From: Chitinophagales bacterium
GTDB taxonomy: Bacteria > Bacteroidota > Bacteroidia > Chitinophagales > JAUHXS01
NCBI GenBank assembly: GCA_965213575.1
Contig: CBDBZN010000006.1
Coordinates: 106,297 to 170,296 of the forward strand
Reading direction: 5' to 3'
DNA: 64,000 nucleotides
Shown one piece after another: positions 61,552 through 64,000 of the stretch. Both the position numbers and the translations under genes were made by a program. The first letter of the stretch is position 1, and every line of letters begins with the position of its first letter. The notes beneath the pieces were generated by a model. The model ran no database searches, was not told the DNA's origin, and saw only the letters and a program-made list of their open reading frames with translations.

Positions 61552-62181
61552 ATGCAAAAAATAAAAAATATCATTTTTGACCTGGGAGGCGTCATATTTG
61601 ATGTTAATTACCAATTAACGATAGATGCTTTTAAAAAATTAGGAGCATCCGATTTTAAGAAGGTTTATTCGAAAAAAGAGCAAAATAAATTGTTTGATCA
61701 ATTCGAGGAAGGAAAAATAAGCCCTGTCAAATTCAGAGATGGCTTAAGAAAAAAATTTCGATTATCGGATAATGATGCAACGCTAGATAAGGCTTGGAAT
61801 GCGATGTTGCAAGGCTGGACAAAAAATAAGCTTGATTTTATTAAAGATTTGAATAACAACTACCGTGTGTTTTTACTTAGCAACACAAATGAAACACATC
61901 TAAAAGAGGTATTTAAGATGCTAGAACGACAAATAGGAATTCAAAATGTCAATAACTATTTTGAGCAAGCTTATTATTCTAATATTATCGGGTTAAGAAA
62001 ACCTAATGCAGCAGTATTTAAATATGTATTAACAGAGAATAGTTTAAAAGGTAAAGAAACATTATTTATTGATGACAGCCCGCAACATGTAGAAGGTGCT
62101 AAGCAAGCAGGAATGAAGGGTTATTATTTAAAAAAGGATCAGAATATAATTGATAATTGGAAAGAGATTATCAATGTATAA
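61552..62181 (+). CDS. HAD family phosphatase
   Basis: FDLGGV, LLSNTN, RKP, FIDD; TAAATTTG at 61531. Confidence 0.93.
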   Translation: MQKIKNIIFDLGGVIFDVNYQLTIDAFKKLGASDFKKVYSKKEQNKLFDQFEEGKISPVKFRDGLRKKFRLSDNDATLDKAWNAMLQGWTKNKLDFIKDLNNNYRVFLLSNTNETHLKEVFKMLERQIGIQNVNNYFEQAYYSNIIGLRKPNAAVFKYVLTENSLKGKETLFIDDSPQHVEGAKQAGMKGYYLKKDQNIIDNWKEIINV

Positions 62182-62228
62182 ATCCTTTGGAAATAGGATA
62201 ATCAGTCGCACTATTACAAAACGCTGTA

Positions 62229-63044
62229 CTAATCATTCCAAATTTGTACGTGTTCTAAATTAACAGCTTTACCGTAAAATAATTTACTGGTTTTAGAGAA
62301 AGAATCAGTATAATCAGAGATATAAAACTTATAATCAGCTTTTTCCTGACTAAGTAAATCGTCATATTCTAATAATCTTTTCACTCGTTCTGCTACAATA
62401 CCGGGAGAGTCAACTAACAAAACTTTTTGTTGATAATACTCGTCTATTTCTTTTTTAATAAGTGGATAATGTGTGCAAGCAAGAATCAATGCTTCGATGC
62501 CCTCTAATGCTTGATTAGATAAATAAGAATCTATAACCGTATGGCTGATTTTACTATCGTGAAATCCTTCCTCTATCAAAGGCGCTAGCAATGGAGTGGC
62601 CAATGGTTGCACGCTAACTTCCGGATTTCTAATTTTAAGTGCTTTTTCATAAACCTTGGAATTAATAGTTCCTTGAGTTCCAATAATGCCTATTTTTTTA
62701 ATTTGGTCTTGATGGACGATAAAGTCCAATATAGGCCCAATTACATTAACTATTTCTACCTTGTCTCCACAATGAACTTTTAAAGCATTGAAAGCAACGG
62801 CGGAGGCCGTGTTACAAGCCATTACAATCATTTTGCAACCTTTATCAATCAGGAAATCGCCTATTCTTTGCGCGTAACTGCAAATAGCTTCAGGAGATTT
62901 ATCTCCATAAGGCATGTGAGCAGTATCTCCAAAATAAATAATAGATTCTTGAGGAAGAAGATCAGAAATAGCTTTTGCTACGGTAAGCCCTCCGATACCG
63001 GAGTCAAAGATACCAATGGAAGAGTTTTTTAGTTTAGAGTTCAT
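62229..63044 (-). CDS. murI: Glutamate racemase
   Basis: FDSGIGGLTV, PYG.KS, ACNTAS, LACTHYP. Confidence 0.97.
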   Translation of the reverse strand: MNSKLKNSSIGIFDSGIGGLTVAKAISDLLPQESIIYFGDTAHMPYGDKSPEAICSYAQRIGDFLIDKGCKMIVMACNTASAVAFNALKVHCGDKVEIVNVIGPILDFIVHQDQIKKIGIIGTQGTINSKVYEKALKIRNPEVSVQPLATPLLAPLIEEGFHDSKISHTVIDSYLSNQALEGIEALILACTHYPLIKKEIDEYYQQKVLLVDSPGIVAERVKRLLEYDDLLSQEKADYKFYISDYTDSFSKTSKLFYGKAVNLEHVQIWND

Positions 63045-63102
63045 AATTTAGAATTATTAGTAAAAACTCTAAACTATGAATTATCAACCCTCAACTTTAA
63101 AA

Positions 63103-63600
63103 TTACAGTCCCAGCTTCGTTTTTACTAAACTAATCACATCGTCAGTGGGTTGAGCGTAAATTACAGCTCCCAAGCTGGTATCGAATATGTACGCATAAC
63201 CTTTTTCTTTAGCTACTGCTTTGATCGCATCTTCTGCTTTTTGCAAAGTAGGGTTGTATAATTCTTCCTTTTTAGTAGTTAACTTTTGCTGTGCACTTAC
63301 TTGAAACTCCTGAATACGTTTTTCAAGGTCTAAAATTTCTTTTTGTCTGACTTCTTTAATCGCATCAGCCATTAAAGCTTCTTTTTGCTGATATTCTTGG
63401 ATTTTATTTTGATACTCTGTAAGCATAGCTTGATTTTGCTCTTCCAACTGCTTTTTATACTGCTCTAATTTTTGATCTGCTTGTTTGATTTCCGGCATCT
63501 CACTTAATAATTCTGCTGAATTGATGTGGCCTAGCTTTTGAGCATATGTAGAGATAGAAAATAAAACGCCAAATAATAATATACTGAATAACTTTTTCAT
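63103..63600 (-). CDS. skp: OmpH/Skp chaperone
   Basis: Signal peptide, QKLGHIN...L..MPE, coiled coil, VAKEKGY.YIFD. Confidence 0.9.
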   Translation of the reverse strand: MKKLFSILLFGVLFSISTYAQKLGHINSAELLSEMPEIKQADQKLEQYKKQLEEQNQAMLTEYQNKIQEYQQKEALMADAIKEVRQKEILDLEKRIQEFQVSAQQKLTTKKEELYNPTLQKAEDAIKAVAKEKGYAYIFDTSLGAVIYAQPTDDVISLVKTKLGL

Positions 63601-63647
63601 AGCTTTTATGGTTGTTTTTAAGTTCGTCAAAGATAACTTTTTTTATT

Positions 63648-64000
63648 TTACTTAGAAGATTCTTTAATGATTTCTAAGATATCCTCACTTTTATCATATT
63701 TTGGATCGGTAAATAGAAGCGTAATACTTCCATTTTTATCTAAAATAAAGTTGTAGGCTTTTTCTGTTGCATATTTTTGAATTGCATTGTAAACTTTATC
63801 CTGAAAAGGCTTAGTTAGTTCTTGTCGTTTTTGAAAAAGATCACCTTCATAGCCGAATTTTTGCTTTTGAAATTCTTTTACTTCTTTTTCTTTATTGATA
63901 ATCTCTTCTTCTTTTTTTCTTTTCATATCTTCTGTAAGCAGCACTTGCTCTGCTTGAAAATCTCGATACATTTTGTCAATTTTTTCATATCTGCGTTCAA
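63648..64000 (-). CDS. OmpH/Skp paralogue, 5'-truncated by window edge
   Basis: KFGYEGDLFQKRQEL.KP.QDKVYNAI; frame open to window end. Confidence 0.88.
   Translation of the reverse strand, partial: ERRYEKIDKMYRDFQAEQVLLTEDMKRKKEEEIINKEKEVKEFQKQKFGYEGDLFQKRQELTKPFQDKVYNAIQKYATEKAYNFILDKNGSITLLFTDPKYDKSEDILEIIKESSK

Noticed and set aside
61413-61595. 60-aa minus-strand ORF
   Set aside because: Overlaps the tRNA and the HAD gene start
1-64000. CRISPR array, rRNA, integrase or transposase genes
   Set aside because: None seen; all regular periodicities are inside protein-coding repeats

Overview
AT-rich chromosomal window from a Bacteroidota bacterium, judged from T9SS sorting domains, TAnnTTTG promoters, a fused E1 alpha/beta gene and tandem rhomboid and Skp genes. 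About 29.5-59 kb and 61.5-64 kb are mostly housekeeping genes. Four accessory features stand out. (1) A type IIG restriction-modification gene (1629-5297) lies between REP-like palindromes and appears to carry three in-frame palindromic mini-insertions; an orphan gene and a basic microprotein follow it. (2) A ~13.4 kb block bracketed by a 25-bp direct repeat encodes a 7TM-DISM/LuxR membrane sensor, a stand-alone LuxR protein and a ~3500-aa multi-propeller T9SS protein. Two identically spaced TCACCC-N4-GGGTGA operator/promoter units sit in this block, and an A8 tract frameshifts the giant gene away from its signal peptide. (3) An exported protein is built from nine ~40-aa Lys-rich 'YET.QSY...GIFG' repeats. 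(4) A more GC-rich heavy-metal ATPase remnant lies next to a tRNA(CAT). All family calls come from reading motifs by eye; no searches were run.
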